Origin: Patescibacteria group bacterium
GTDB lineage: Bacteria > Patescibacteriota > Microgenomatia > UBA10105 > UBA927
Assembly (NCBI GenBank): GCA_049322955.1
Contig: JBMOPU010000012.1
Location: 147,581-211,580, forward strand
Length of the DNA: 64,000 bases
Reading direction: 5' to 3'
In this document: one piece after another, positions 29,935 to 42,605 of the stretch
How the letters are laid out: every line of letters begins with the position of its first letter
How positions within the stretch are numbered: position 1 is the stretch's first letter
Program-made: the position numbers and the translations under genes
Notes under the pieces: generated by a model
Databases searched by the model: none
Told to the model about the DNA's origin: nothing
Seen by the model: only the letters and a program-made list of their open reading frames with translations

Positions 29935-30202
29935 AAAGATACAAAATACCAAGCTGTTTAGCGATGCGCAGAAAGTGGCGCTTCTTGTTGCCATTGTTGA
30001 TGCCACCGATGAGGATAAAGCAAAACTGGAAGCCGGCATTGACGAATTCGACGCACGTTACGACAACGCCATTAAAAAGCATACGGCACAGATACAGTCA
30101 CTCCTGGGACACACGATGAAGGACCTTACCCCGGAAGAGAAAAAAGCTCAGGAAACGGCATTGCGATCGATCAGAGCTGGCTTTGGACTTCTGACCTCGT
30201 AA
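29909..30202 (+). CDS. small acidic partner protein S6
   Basis: The ribosome-binding site AGAAGGGGG lies inside the 3' end of P6, giving a 26-nt overlap. The protein carries LFSDAQKVALLVAIVDATDEDKAKLEAG. Confidence 0.55.
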   Translation: MMSDLTIYKKIQNTKLFSDAQKVALLVAIVDATDEDKAKLEAGIDEFDARYDNAIKKHTAQIQSLLGHTMKDLTPEEKKAQETALRSIRAGFGLLTS

Positions 30203-30286
30203 CCACACAAGCCTATTGCTATAGGACACTTCTTGTGGTATACTTCACGATAGTACCCAAGCATTGTGTTTGGGTTTGTTGTATCT

Positions 30287-31012
30287 ATGTCAAAAGAATC
30301 ACAACCAACCAGAGCCTATACGCCGGCGGAACAAGGGTTCCAGCGCCTGCTCATTCGCGAACAGAAGCATGAATCCCAGCCGGGTGACGGTCTCCGACGA
30401 CTGGGAATCAATTCCTCGCTCCTGATCGGATCAACCGCTCTTGATCTTGCCGAAAGTCATCTTGTCGATGCCGTGATTCGAAATCCCATGCATGATAGGA
30501 TTCATCAAATTAAGGAAAAGGGACCCAACTTTACCGAACAGGCAAAGCGGGCACAAGGCGTGCAATTTGCCGCCGAATTCGTTGAAGAGTGGGCATCCGA
30601 CAGTATTTATGCCAATATGGCAAATGCATGGGTTCGTGCCATGACCGGTATGGATGATGCTAAGTATGTTTCCGAAACCGCCGCATTCCTTGCGGAGTGG
30701 GGGAACGTCATTTCCCAGGTATTTTTGGCAGACAGACTGTATGGGAAGACAAAGACACATCACGGACATACGGTGCCGCAAACATATGGCAAGGTGAAAC
30801 TTGCCTACGCGTCGGCTGACTTTTTGAATCCCGTCAACGTCGAAGCGGCGATCCGGGTGATGGAAGAAGTACCCGTTATCGGGAAAGCAGTCTCCTGGAT
30901 GCATGATAAGACGGATCATTTGCTGGAAACCGCCGCCGTTCGGCTCGGGAGCGGCATTGCCGGAAAAGGTATTCTCGGCTATCATATCGGACGAAACGTA
31001 AAAGCGTTATAA
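30287..31012 (+). CDS. hypothetical protein P7
   Basis: Preceded by a CTATAGG element and a TATACT -10. The C-terminus is GSGIAGKGILGYHIG. Confidence 0.55.
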   Translation: MSKESQPTRAYTPAEQGFQRLLIREQKHESQPGDGLRRLGINSSLLIGSTALDLAESHLVDAVIRNPMHDRIHQIKEKGPNFTEQAKRAQGVQFAAEFVEEWASDSIYANMANAWVRAMTGMDDAKYVSETAAFLAEWGNVISQVFLADRLYGKTKTHHGHTVPQTYGKVKLAYASADFLNPVNVEAAIRVMEEVPVIGKAVSWMHDKTDHLLETAAVRLGSGIAGKGILGYHIGRNVKAL

Positions 31013-31033
31013 ACGGCTTTTCATCTTTTTGCT

Positions 31034-31903
31034 ATGACAGCAGAGACACTAAGCGTACGAATACAGTATCCGCAGGATAATCCCATCTCGGCTGAGAAAA
31101 CCTCCTCTCAGGATGGCGCCGCGATCTGGAAGAAAGCATATGCGGAATCCCGACAAAAGCATTGGCAACAGGTATTCCAAGTCGGTGACTATTCCCCCTA
31201 TGACAAAGCGCGCAAGCTCCCGCAGGGTACTGCGCTTCGTGAGGCACTCTACGAATCTCTCACCGATCCGATTTCTTTTGTAACGCATATCGGCGAACAT
31301 ATCCGTAAGGTCGATACCGATCTTCGCGGCGGAAAAGATATCGGGGGTGCGAAAGAGCGATGGGAGCGAGTCGGGGCATTTGCCAGTATGGCGGTGCTCT
31401 TTACCGCATTTGATTACGCAACAAGTAAGCCATTTGAGCGATTTTTTCCCATGATAAAGAATAAGGTATTAACCCCTGAGGAACTTCGTCTGAATGCGCG
31501 GATGGGGGCGATGAAAAAGATCCTTGACGTCATGAACGATAAATACGCGACGGCATTAGGCAATATGCTGGTAGAGAAAATTTCCGGCAAGCGGGGATTT
31601 ATCCATGAAGTGGCGGATAAGGGTGCAGACACCATCCAATCGGGATTTGAGGAAACCAATGACTTGGTCAACGGCGCAACACTGGAAAGTTATATGCGGA
31701 TTTTTTCTCAGGTACCGATTGTGGGAGCGTTATTTGAGCAGGGGATGACCCGTCTTTCCCTGTTGCAGGAAAAGTCATCGCTCCACACCGCTACGGGCAA
31801 AATGCTTTATATGGCGCTTGGCGTATTTATCCGAGATAATCGAAAAGCAGACAAAATGGATGGCGCTTCTTTGGCAGGACTTATTGCCAGGACAATCCTT
31901 TAA
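31034..31903 (+). CDS. hypothetical protein P8
   Basis: A 289-aa protein with the N-terminus MTAETL. No domain was recognised. Confidence 0.55.
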   Translation: MTAETLSVRIQYPQDNPISAEKTSSQDGAAIWKKAYAESRQKHWQQVFQVGDYSPYDKARKLPQGTALREALYESLTDPISFVTHIGEHIRKVDTDLRGGKDIGGAKERWERVGAFASMAVLFTAFDYATSKPFERFFPMIKNKVLTPEELRLNARMGAMKKILDVMNDKYATALGNMLVEKISGKRGFIHEVADKGADTIQSGFEETNDLVNGATLESYMRIFSQVPIVGALFEQGMTRLSLLQEKSSLHTATGKMLYMALGVFIRDNRKADKMDGASLAGLIARTIL

Positions 31904-31927
31904 TCGAATAACGAAGTGATTTGGGTG

Positions 31928-31956
31928 TTGACAGTTTTTTATCCGCTGAGTACAAT
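31928..31956 (+). promoter_or_regulatory. sigma70 promoter TTGACA-17-TACAAT heading the tRNA-Ala/23S/5S unit or a short leader RNA
   Basis: Near-consensus hexamers with 17-nt spacing. Confidence 0.6.
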
Positions 31957-32105
31957 ACCTTTTGCCTTTGTTCGCCAATTATCGGCGATACGGAATGCGG
32001 AGGCAAGACTTTTCTTTTTCATGAGAATCACCACTTCATACAAAACCGACCTTTTTGGGCGACGTTTGCGTGTGATGTAGAACTTCTTACAAGGAGAGAG
32101 TCCCG

Positions 32106-32133
32106 ATCCCGCATAAAAGGCGGGATTTTTTTA
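32106..32133 (+). terminator. hairpin (ATCCCGC-N7-GCGGGAT) followed by a T7 run: an intrinsic terminator or boxB-like leader hairpin
   Basis: Read directly from the sequence. It lies between the promoter and tRNA-Ala. Confidence 0.5.
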
Positions 32134-32211
32134 TCCCTTTTGCACATTACCTAAGCATGATCGACGGAGAAGAACTGTGGGTTCGCCTTCGGGTCTGCCC
32201 ATTCGTTTAAT

Positions 32212-32284
32212 GGGCCCGAAGTTTACCTGGTTGAACGCTTCATTTGCAATGAAGAGGCAGGCGGTTCGACTCCGCCCGGGTCCA
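32212..32284 (+). tRNA. tRNA-Ala(UGC)
   Basis: A manually folded 73-nt cloverleaf: acceptor GGGCCCG/CGGGTCC with the G3:U70 Ala identity pair, anticodon loop TTTGCAA, T-loop GGTTCGACT, discriminator A. CCA is not encoded. Confidence 0.88.
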
Positions 32285-32349
32285 CCGATGTTCTTGTATC
32301 GGGAGTAGCTACATATATATGTATATACTCTCGCGACAAGAGCGCGAGT

Positions 32350-32362
32350 TGCTCTTTAACAA
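32350..32362 (+). promoter_or_regulatory. boxA antitermination element TGCTCTTTAACAA in the tRNA-23S spacer
   Basis: A near-exact match to the bacterial rRNA-operon boxA consensus. Confidence 0.75.
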
Positions 32363-32529
32363 TATTGCCAAATGACTTCTTGTAAGACAGGTGAAATTCC
32401 TGCTCTACAAGAATTGAAAGTAATGAAGTAATGAGGTAGTTGCCGCGTAAGGGGGAGTGAATCCCACTTATCGTGGCCATTTTTAGTTGAGGGAACAAGG
32501 GTCGTCTTCGAGACGAATCTTTTGTTCTC

Positions 32530-35840
<3,311 letters not shown>

Positions 35841-35967
35841 GGAACAAAGGACGTTTTTTGCCGAGAGGCAAAAACACCTTGTTTCTCTTGGCGAAAATGA
35901 CACGAAAAGTCGGTCATTCTCCCTTATGTTGCAATTACCTTTATAATAAGAAAAGATTTTATCGTTG

Positions 35968-36086
35968 AGCCTTTCGGTCTCTTACGCGATGTGGTACCAC
36001 CCTTTCCCATTCCGAACAGGGAAGTGAAACACATTAGCGCCAACAATACTCGTTTCGCAAGGAACCTGGAAGATAGGTCGAGGCCG
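35968..36086 (+). rRNA. rrf: 5S ribosomal RNA (approximate ends)
   Basis: Conserved blocks CCCATTCCGAACAGGGAAGTGAAAC and TAGCGCCAACAATACT are present. The length is about 119 nt. Confidence 0.75.
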
Positions 36087-36113
36087 GGGGACTCAACGAT
36101 AAAACGGCAAATT

Positions 36114-36139
36114 ATCCCTAGTGACCCTAGGGATTTTTT
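36114..36139 (+). terminator. rho-independent terminator of the rRNA unit (ATCCCTAG-TGACC-CTAGGGAT plus a T6 run)
   Basis: A perfect 8-bp stem followed by a U-tract. Confidence 0.8.
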
Positions 36140-36177
36140 GTGGGATTTGGCCTATAGGTGTATAATACGCTCTAACT

Positions 36178-36651
36178 ATGGTAGAACGAGGTGCTACTTC
36201 AGTAATGCCGCGAGGCAAAGAACTCATTAACCGGGGGATGGATAAAGTCGTCACCGGAGTGATTCTCACCGCGGGCAATGAAATTGTTCATGCGGTGAAG
36301 TTCGGGCTTGTCGGTGCGGCGATCGGTATTCCCGCAGGTATCCTGGGCGGCAATGTTGTTGAAGGGGTCAAAAGCTTCGGAAAGATAGGTGTTGATGTGG
36401 GTGTATTGTGGGGATGGCATACGGCACATACTGACTTTAATAAAACTGCCGAAAAAAACGGCAATCCACCGGTCCGGTGGTATGACTGGTTAGGGGCGAC
36501 CATCATTTCATCCAATGCACGTAATCATGAACGGCCGTTTCACAAAGCAACGCAGACGGAAGCCATATTATGGGGACAATTCTTTAATCCTACGTCAACC
36601 AGCGGCATGAAAGATGTGTTACACGGAGCAATACAGGTAGTGTTCGGTTAA
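36178..36651 (+). CDS. hypothetical glycine-zipper protein P9
   Basis: A CCTATAGG element and a TGTATAAT -10 at 36151-36166 give a near-leaderless start; the alternative start is the ATG at 36205. The protein carries FGLVGAAIGIPAGILGGNVVEG. Confidence 0.55.
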   Translation: MVERGATSVMPRGKELINRGMDKVVTGVILTAGNEIVHAVKFGLVGAAIGIPAGILGGNVVEGVKSFGKIGVDVGVLWGWHTAHTDFNKTAEKNGNPPVRWYDWLGATIISSNARNHERPFHKATQTEAILWGQFFNPTSTSGMKDVLHGAIQVVFG

Positions 36652-36671
36652 TACGATATACTTTTATCACT

Positions 36672-37394
36672 ATGGCAGAACGGCCGGTACACCACGAACT
36701 CGCTCCCAAGAAAACGCTTGCCGATCAGGTACAGGCGATATTTGAACGCCGGGCCACCAAAGGCGAGAGGAAACTCATTTTGGAAACCTACGAAACCAAG
36801 TTTGATGCCCTCCTTCAAAAATTACCCAAAGAACAACAGGAAAATATCATGGTGAAGATCCAGAAAGTTTTGACCACCATCCGCGGCGTGTTTTCCGAAT
36901 ACGGCGCACGCATCACCGATTTTGCGCGAAAAGTGTTTTTATGGCCGATGATTGCCGCAGACAAGGATTTCCCAAAAGATAAATATTATCAGATTGAACT
37001 CGCCAGAGCAAAAGCCTGGGGGGAGTTTGCCAAAGACACGACCAAAACCGCAACCGCCGAACGTACGGCCTATCGTGACCACTTTGCGTCAACCGTTGTT
37101 TCCCATGCTCAAGTATTGGGAGCAGGAGGGGCGATCGGCATGGTCGGTCTCGGTGTGGCTGAGGGTGCAAAAATAGGTGCCGTTGCCGGGTTGGGACTGC
37201 AGGGTGCCGCCGTCGGAGCAATTGCCGGAGGTATTCTGGGAGGCGCCTATTCATTCGGGCTTTTTGTAAAAGATAAAATTGTTGGTCCTCCGGTTGTGTA
37301 TTATGATGTATTTGCGGGGGCAGGAAAGCGGGGAGTGTCAATTGATATTTCCCAACAAGTGGTACAAAAAGTACCCGCCACTACCTACGCATAA
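36672..37394 (+). CDS. hypothetical glycine-zipper protein P10
   Basis: A long GxxxG array, GAGGAIGMVGLGVAEGAKIGAVAGLGLQGAAVGAIAGGILGGAYSFGLF. Confidence 0.6.
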   Translation: MAERPVHHELAPKKTLADQVQAIFERRATKGERKLILETYETKFDALLQKLPKEQQENIMVKIQKVLTTIRGVFSEYGARITDFARKVFLWPMIAADKDFPKDKYYQIELARAKAWGEFAKDTTKTATAERTAYRDHFASTVVSHAQVLGAGGAIGMVGLGVAEGAKIGAVAGLGLQGAAVGAIAGGILGGAYSFGLFVKDKIVGPPVVYYDVFAGAGKRGVSIDISQQVVQKVPATTYA

Positions 37395-37396
37395 GC

Positions 37397-37714
37397 ATGG
37401 ATGCAATTGACGAGGTTCTTACCCGGATTATCACTACGGTTTCGCAATCAAGCCTTTCCGAAACGGACAAAAATGATGTCTACGCACAGCTTACCGTCGG
37501 CATGCACCGACTCGTCTGGCCGATTTTGCTTGCCCATGTGCCCCAATACCTTTTGGACGATGCCGTGAGTAATCCCCAGCGTTTTACCGTAGAAGACTAT
37601 GCCGAACTTATTGATATAGCGCTCAAAAATCCCGCAACCGCCAAAGAAATGCATGAAGAACTGCTCGGGGCTCTTACCGAGGTCGATGCACTGGTCACCA
37701 AAGCCGTGAGTTGA
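37397..37714 (+). CDS. small acidic partner protein S10, third paralog of S1/S2
   Basis: LSETDKNDVYAQLTVGMHRLVWPILLAHVP. The start is 2 nt after the P10 stop. Confidence 0.65.
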   Translation: MDAIDEVLTRIITTVSQSSLSETDKNDVYAQLTVGMHRLVWPILLAHVPQYLLDDAVSNPQRFTVEDYAELIDIALKNPATAKEMHEELLGALTEVDALVTKAVS

Positions 37715-37772
37715 GGAATACCCCATAATCTTGTATAATGAGCAAATCCTAAAAGAAAGGCGGAATGAATGA

Positions 37773-38924
37773 ATGGTAAAAACATCTACAAGCAGTAAAT
37801 CACCAGCGGAGGGTGACAAGGCTCCGAAAACAAAATCCTCAAACGGGGCTTCCAGCATGGAAGAGCTCTTAAAGAGCACAGGGTACCAGCTTAAGGGACT
37901 CAAGAAAGGTGATACGGTCACCGCAACCATAACCCGTATGTCCGCGCGCGAAATTGCGCTTGATACCGGCAGTAAAACCGAAGGTGTCGTGATGGACAAG
38001 GAAATAGAAAACTACCGGGATATGCTGGCAAAACTCAAGGTCGGGGATACCGTTACCGCACAAGTGATTGTTGCGGAAAATGATCGGGGGCAGAGTGTCC
38101 TTTCCATCCGAAAATCTCTTCTTGAGAAGCGATGGACAACCCTATCAGAGGTACAAAAGAGCGGCGAAGCGGTTGATGTCATGCTTCGTGATCTCGTTCG
38201 CGGCGGGGTACTCGTTGATTATGGCGGTATTCGCGGCTACATCCCCATGAGTCAGCTTGATGCAACGCTTGCAAAACAGCTTGATAAAATGGCCGGTAGG
38301 CGCATTAAAGTCAAAGTCATTGAAGTCGACTCGGCAAACAACAGACTCGTCTTTTCGCAACGGGCACTGACCGAAGAGGCCGTGCTCGCCAAGCAAAAAG
38401 AACTCTTTGATGTCATTCCCGTCGATAAAACGGTGGAAGCAACCATTACTGGTGTCGCTCCCTTCGGCGCATTTGCCAAATTTACCGTTGAAAAAGAAGG
38501 CACCAAGCACGAAGTGGAAGGCTTGATCCATATTTCCGAGATTGCCTGGGAAAAGGTTGACGATCCGAACCAGTATATGAAAGCGGGCGACACCATGAAA
38601 GTGAAAATCGCCGGCGTGGATGAAAAGACCGGAAAAGTAACCTTGTCCGTGAAGCAATTGCTTCCTGACCCGTGGGAACATGTACTGGATATGTTTGAGA
38701 AAGACAGTCAGGTGAAAGGAAAAGTCACCCGCACGAGTCCCTATGGCATATTCGTCGAGCTTACCCCGGGAGTGGAAGGGCTTATCCATATCAGTAAAGT
38801 GACTCCGGGAACGGAACCGAAAGTCGGCGAAGAGATCGTGTGTTTAGTCGAAGACGTGAAACAGGATCAACGAAAAATCAGTCTCTCGATGGCACTTACC
38901 GAAAAGCCGATCGGGTATCGCTGA
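37773..38924 (+). CDS. rpsA: 30S ribosomal protein S1 (four S1 domains)
   Basis: Repeated S1 RNA-binding domains (GDTVTA..V, GAFAKF, GIFVEL). Confidence 0.88.
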   Translation: MVKTSTSSKSPAEGDKAPKTKSSNGASSMEELLKSTGYQLKGLKKGDTVTATITRMSAREIALDTGSKTEGVVMDKEIENYRDMLAKLKVGDTVTAQVIVAENDRGQSVLSIRKSLLEKRWTTLSEVQKSGEAVDVMLRDLVRGGVLVDYGGIRGYIPMSQLDATLAKQLDKMAGRRIKVKVIEVDSANNRLVFSQRALTEEAVLAKQKELFDVIPVDKTVEATITGVAPFGAFAKFTVEKEGTKHEVEGLIHISEIAWEKVDDPNQYMKAGDTMKVKIAGVDEKTGKVTLSVKQLLPDPWEHVLDMFEKDSQVKGKVTRTSPYGIFVELTPGVEGLIHISKVTPGTEPKVGEEIVCLVEDVKQDQRKISLSMALTEKPIGYR

Positions 38925-39159
38925 ACACACCTGGGACGACACCTACGGTTTCGTCCCAACGACTTTCCCTTAAGAAGAGTCGGGATGGCATACGTTCGAT
39001 TGCCGAAAGCATCCCGAGGAATTTGGAGCAACACTGCAGTTCCTTCCCAACGATCCTCCCTTACCAGGAATCTTGTGGCGGAAATAATTCCGTCGAATGC
39101 AAGGCGATGCAATTTCCCCTGCCTGTGAACCTGTAGTATTGACGCTGAGCCGTTTCTGT

Positions 39160-39840
39160 ATGACAATGAATCATATGACGGAAGCTGTACAGGGCATGGG
39201 GTTTCGGGCGCAGATACGGGAGCTACTCTCCAGGGAGCCGGTATCCATCGTTCCCGTTACCGAACGTAATATCAAGCGGTTTGATGCCACCCTCACCGAT
39301 CTTTCAATGAAAAGTTCCGCAAACGGCGATATGTTTGCCGTCACCGGAAATCCCCACGAAACCAATGAGGAGTGGGCGAAAGGGGTGAAAGCGTTATGGC
39401 TTATCGGTCAAAAAGAAACGGATTTTTCCGTCCCCGAAAATGTTGCAGGTTTTGTGAATGTCTATGCACCTGAGCATACGGGAACGATAAACGACTGGTT
39501 GCTCAAAAAAGGCATGCGTGCCTATGAGCCGGGCATGATTGTGGAGGCGGCATCATTCGTCAAAGAAGGCAATGCCGAAGCAGAATTAAGTGCGAATAAA
39601 CAGGCACTCGCCAAGGTATTCATGGACGATGCGTTCAAAGATGTCCGCGCGGTTACCACATGGGTGACCCACAACGCCGAAAACGCTCTTGATCCGCAAG
39701 ATGCTATTGATATGAAAAAACTCGGCGGTTGGCCTTTGGGAAGCGCCAAATATAACCCCGGTGAGTCGGTTGACAGCACCTGTTTTCTCATTACCAGGCG
39801 CCAATTTATGGATGCCTTGACCGGTACGAAACGCTCCTGA
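39160..39840 (+). CDS. hypothetical protein
   Basis: A 226-aa protein from an internal ATG. No motif was recognised. Confidence 0.45.
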   Translation: MTMNHMTEAVQGMGFRAQIRELLSREPVSIVPVTERNIKRFDATLTDLSMKSSANGDMFAVTGNPHETNEEWAKGVKALWLIGQKETDFSVPENVAGFVNVYAPEHTGTINDWLLKKGMRAYEPGMIVEAASFVKEGNAEAELSANKQALAKVFMDDAFKDVRAVTTWVTHNAENALDPQDAIDMKKLGGWPLGSAKYNPGESVDSTCFLITRRQFMDALTGTKRS

Positions 39841-39876
39841 GGCATGAGATAACCGTTTCGTGTACAATACCTCGAT

Positions 39877-41187
39877 ATGAAGCTCCGGACATCGTATGTA
39901 TGCCAGCAGTGCGGCTACGAAACACCACAGTGGTACGGGAAGTGTCCCAATTGCGATCAGTGGAATACCCTCATTGAGACGGTCAAAGATGTGGGATCTG
40001 CGGGGGGAAAAGGTGGTGTGATACGGCCGTCAGGACAAGCGGGCACGCCTCAAAAGCTTTCCGAGGTACGGCATATCGAAAAACACCGGGTGAAGAGCGG
40101 GTTATCTGAATTTGATCGGGTTATGGGAGGGGGAACGGTGCCGGGCAGTGTGACGCTCTTGGCGGGGGATCCCGGCATCGGGAAATCAACCCTGCTTCTG
40201 CATGTACTAGGCGCGGTGGGCGGTTTATACGTCTCCGGAGAAGAGTCAGCAGAACAAGTGAAGCTTCGCGCCAAGCGATTGGGGATAGAAGGCAAGAATA
40301 TTTCGCTTCTTTCAGAAACCAATGCGGAAAACATTGTCGCCGCGGTAGAACGCTTTTCCGAGAAAGATCTCGTCATCATCGATTCGATTCAAACGCTTTC
40401 CTCAAGTGAGCTTGACGGAATGGCAGGATCGGTAGGACAAATTCGCCATAGCGCGGAACTTCTCATCGCCGCGGCAAAATCAAAGGGAATTCCCATGATT
40501 ATTATCGGGCATGTGACCAAGGAAGGAGCAATCGCCGGTCCCAAAGTACTCGAACATATGGTGGATGCGGTACTGTATTTGGAAGGAGAGAGGTTTGCCA
40601 ATGCAAGAATTCTTCGTACGCTCAAAAACCGGTTCGGGGCTGTCGAGGAGGTGGGGATTTTTGAAATGGCAGGCGAAGGACTGAAAGAAGTGGCAAATCC
40701 TTCGGCGCTATTTCTTCAGGATCGAGTAAAGAATGTCCCCGGGTCTGTGGTCACCGTTATTATGGAAGGAACCCGCCCTATGCTTGTTGAAATTCAGGCA
40801 TTAGCGGTAGCAACACAACTTGCCATGCCTCGTCGTGTTGCAAGCGGCGTTGATTATAATAGGCTACAGCTGATTGTTGCGATTCTTTCAAAGCGTTTGA
40901 ATTTGCCGCTTGCGGGGTTTGATATTTTCGTCAACGTCAGTGGAGGGTTGAAGCTGTCAGAACCCGCCGCAGATCTTGCTATTGCGCTTGCAATCCTTTC
41001 ATCATTTACCAATAAGGCATTTGCTCCCAACGCGGTGGCTTTTGGAGAAGTGGGGCTTTTGGGAGAGGTACGCAGGGTAGGAAGTGAGGAGCGACGGGAA
41101 AATGAAGCGAAGCGTTTGGGGTTTCCCCGGGTGTGTTCGCCCAAAACCATAAAAAATCTCAAACAAGGAGCCGCAATTCTCGGATAG
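39877..41187 (+). CDS. radA: DNA repair protein RadA/Sms
   Basis: An N-terminal C4 zinc finger (CQQCGYETPQWYGKCPNC), the Walker A GDPGIGKST, the KNRFG motif, and a Lon-like C-terminal domain are present. Confidence 0.95.
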   Translation: MKLRTSYVCQQCGYETPQWYGKCPNCDQWNTLIETVKDVGSAGGKGGVIRPSGQAGTPQKLSEVRHIEKHRVKSGLSEFDRVMGGGTVPGSVTLLAGDPGIGKSTLLLHVLGAVGGLYVSGEESAEQVKLRAKRLGIEGKNISLLSETNAENIVAAVERFSEKDLVIIDSIQTLSSSELDGMAGSVGQIRHSAELLIAAAKSKGIPMIIIGHVTKEGAIAGPKVLEHMVDAVLYLEGERFANARILRTLKNRFGAVEEVGIFEMAGEGLKEVANPSALFLQDRVKNVPGSVVTVIMEGTRPMLVEIQALAVATQLAMPRRVASGVDYNRLQLIVAILSKRLNLPLAGFDIFVNVSGGLKLSEPAADLAIALAILSSFTNKAFAPNAVAFGEVGLLGEVRRVGSEERRENEAKRLGFPRVCSPKTIKNLKQGAAILG

Positions 41188-41314
41188 CCGTTGCGCGTTA
41201 TCCATCGGGTTTTCAGTAATTATTCAGCTTTACTCCGCACAATGATACGTAGCAGATTGTTGTGCGCCAATTACTCGCTTCGATTTCGGCTTTCTTCATA
41301 AATACTATATAATA

Positions 41315-42142
41315 ATGAAGGATACGACGAATGCATCTATCATGAAAAAACAAAAACAGGAGGCAAAAAAAGTTGAAAATCCGCCGGTGCCCGCACAATC
41401 ATTAACCCCGATTGTCCGTCCGACCACGGCATTTACCCAGGCGCTTGCGAGAGAGATAGTAAAAAATCTTACGGCTCTCAGCGAGATGACCACCCGTCCG
41501 TTTCATCGGACCGTGGCTCCCGAGACCAAGGAAACAATCGGCGAGCACCCGATCATGGTTGACACAAGTGTGCTTATCGATGGGAGAATACTCCAGATAG
41601 TCAACAGCGGATTCATTTCGGGCACCCTTGTTATTCCGCAGTTTATTTTAATCGAAGTACAGCATATCGCAGATGACAGTGATCCCTTGAGAAGAGCAAA
41701 AGGGAGAAGGGCGCTTGATGTGGTGGCCAAATTAAAGGCGCAGCGGGCGAATCCGTGGCTGAAAGTAAAGGTGGTCAGTGAAGATGCCGTTGACGTGAAA
41801 GAGGTCGACAGTAAGCTTGTCGCACTGGCAAAACGGTGGGACGGAGCCCTCCTTACGGTTGATTTTAATCTTGCCCACATCGCCCGTGCCCAGAGTGTGC
41901 GGGTGTTAAATGTAAATGATCTCGCGCAAGCCATGAAGGTGGCGTTAGTCGCCGGTGAAGAGTTTGCGATAAAAATCACGCACGAAGGCAGGGAGCGGGA
42001 GCAGGGGGTAGGGTATCTCCCTGACGGCACGATGGTGGTGGTGGAGAATGCCAAAGAGAGAATCGGCCAGGAAATACAGATTATCGTGACCAAGATCCAT
42101 CAGACCCCTGCAGGTCAGCTATTCTTCGGAAGAATGAAGTAA
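41315..42142 (+). CDS. PIN plus TRAM domain protein (YacL-like)
   Basis: PIN acidic residues (IMVDTSVLIDG...DSD...) and a C-terminal TRAM domain. It sits next to radA as in other bacteria. Confidence 0.78.
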   Translation: MKDTTNASIMKKQKQEAKKVENPPVPAQSLTPIVRPTTAFTQALAREIVKNLTALSEMTTRPFHRTVAPETKETIGEHPIMVDTSVLIDGRILQIVNSGFISGTLVIPQFILIEVQHIADDSDPLRRAKGRRALDVVAKLKAQRANPWLKVKVVSEDAVDVKEVDSKLVALAKRWDGALLTVDFNLAHIARAQSVRVLNVNDLAQAMKVALVAGEEFAIKITHEGREREQGVGYLPDGTMVVVENAKERIGQEIQIIVTKIHQTPAGQLFFGRMK

Positions 42143-42239
42143 GTGCCTCTTTCTGATCTTTTACAGTTACCCCAATTTGTCATCAATTATTTCTTCAAAC
42201 CGATTACAGGGGCGTAGGGGAGTTTGCCCGGTAAAAATG

Positions 42240-42259
42240 TTATCCAAAAGTTATCCACA
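42240..42259 (+). promoter_or_regulatory. two tandem DnaA boxes, TTATCCAAA then the perfect TTATCCACA, with a third degenerate box (TAATCCAAA at 42292-42300) and an AT-rich tract
   Basis: Read directly from the sequence. A -10 TATAAT lies at 42328-42333. Confidence 0.55.
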
Positions 42260-42391
42260 ATGATTTTAAAAAACATAAAATCGCGTCAGAATAATCCAAA
42301 TCTAATATTCATACTATAGGTACACCCTATAATATTTACATAAATTATTATGGGACTTGACAATGGGGTGGGGCGGTGATTAACTTAATAC

Positions 42392-42562
42392 ATGCAACTG
42401 CTAGCTACGGGTTTGGGAAGTATCCTTAGGGCCTTAGGATTGGGCAAAAAGGCCCGTGTTAGCCCTTTTGAGAGAGAGCGCCGCTCTTATGAACAAGAGG
42501 TGCGCCGTGAGCTTTTAAAGCTCAAGGAAAAGGGGTTAAGCATTCCGGTATTTACTCTTTAA
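42392..42562 (+). CDS. possible 56-aa small protein with a glycine-zipper (GLGSILRALGLG) and a basic C-terminus; alternatively a structured ncRNA
   Basis: An orphan unit bounded by a TTGACA promoter-like element (42355) and a strong terminator. It lacks a good ribosome-binding site. It is absent from the ORF track because it is under 60 aa. Confidence 0.3.
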   Translation: MQLLATGLGSILRALGLGKKARVSPFERERRSYEQEVRRELLKLKEKGLSIPVFTL

Positions 42563-42578
42563 GTAGCGGAATCAAGGA

Positions 42579-42605
42579 AGTCCGCCGATGAGGCGGATTT
42601 TTTTG
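42579..42605 (+). terminator. rho-independent terminator (GTCCGCC-GATGA-GGCGGAT plus a T7 run)
   Basis: Read directly from the sequence. Confidence 0.75.

Noticed and set aside
42360-42605. Possibility that the GGGGTGGGGCGG... segment is tmRNA, RNase P RNA, SRP RNA or 6S RNA
   Set aside because: None of the universally conserved blocks is present: no tmRNA tag-peptide reading frame or GGTTCGANTCC/ACCA end, no RNase P AGGAAAGTCCGG core in the right place, and no SRP domain-IV GGAA/AGCAGCC. It is kept only as an unclassified small ORF or ncRNA candidate.
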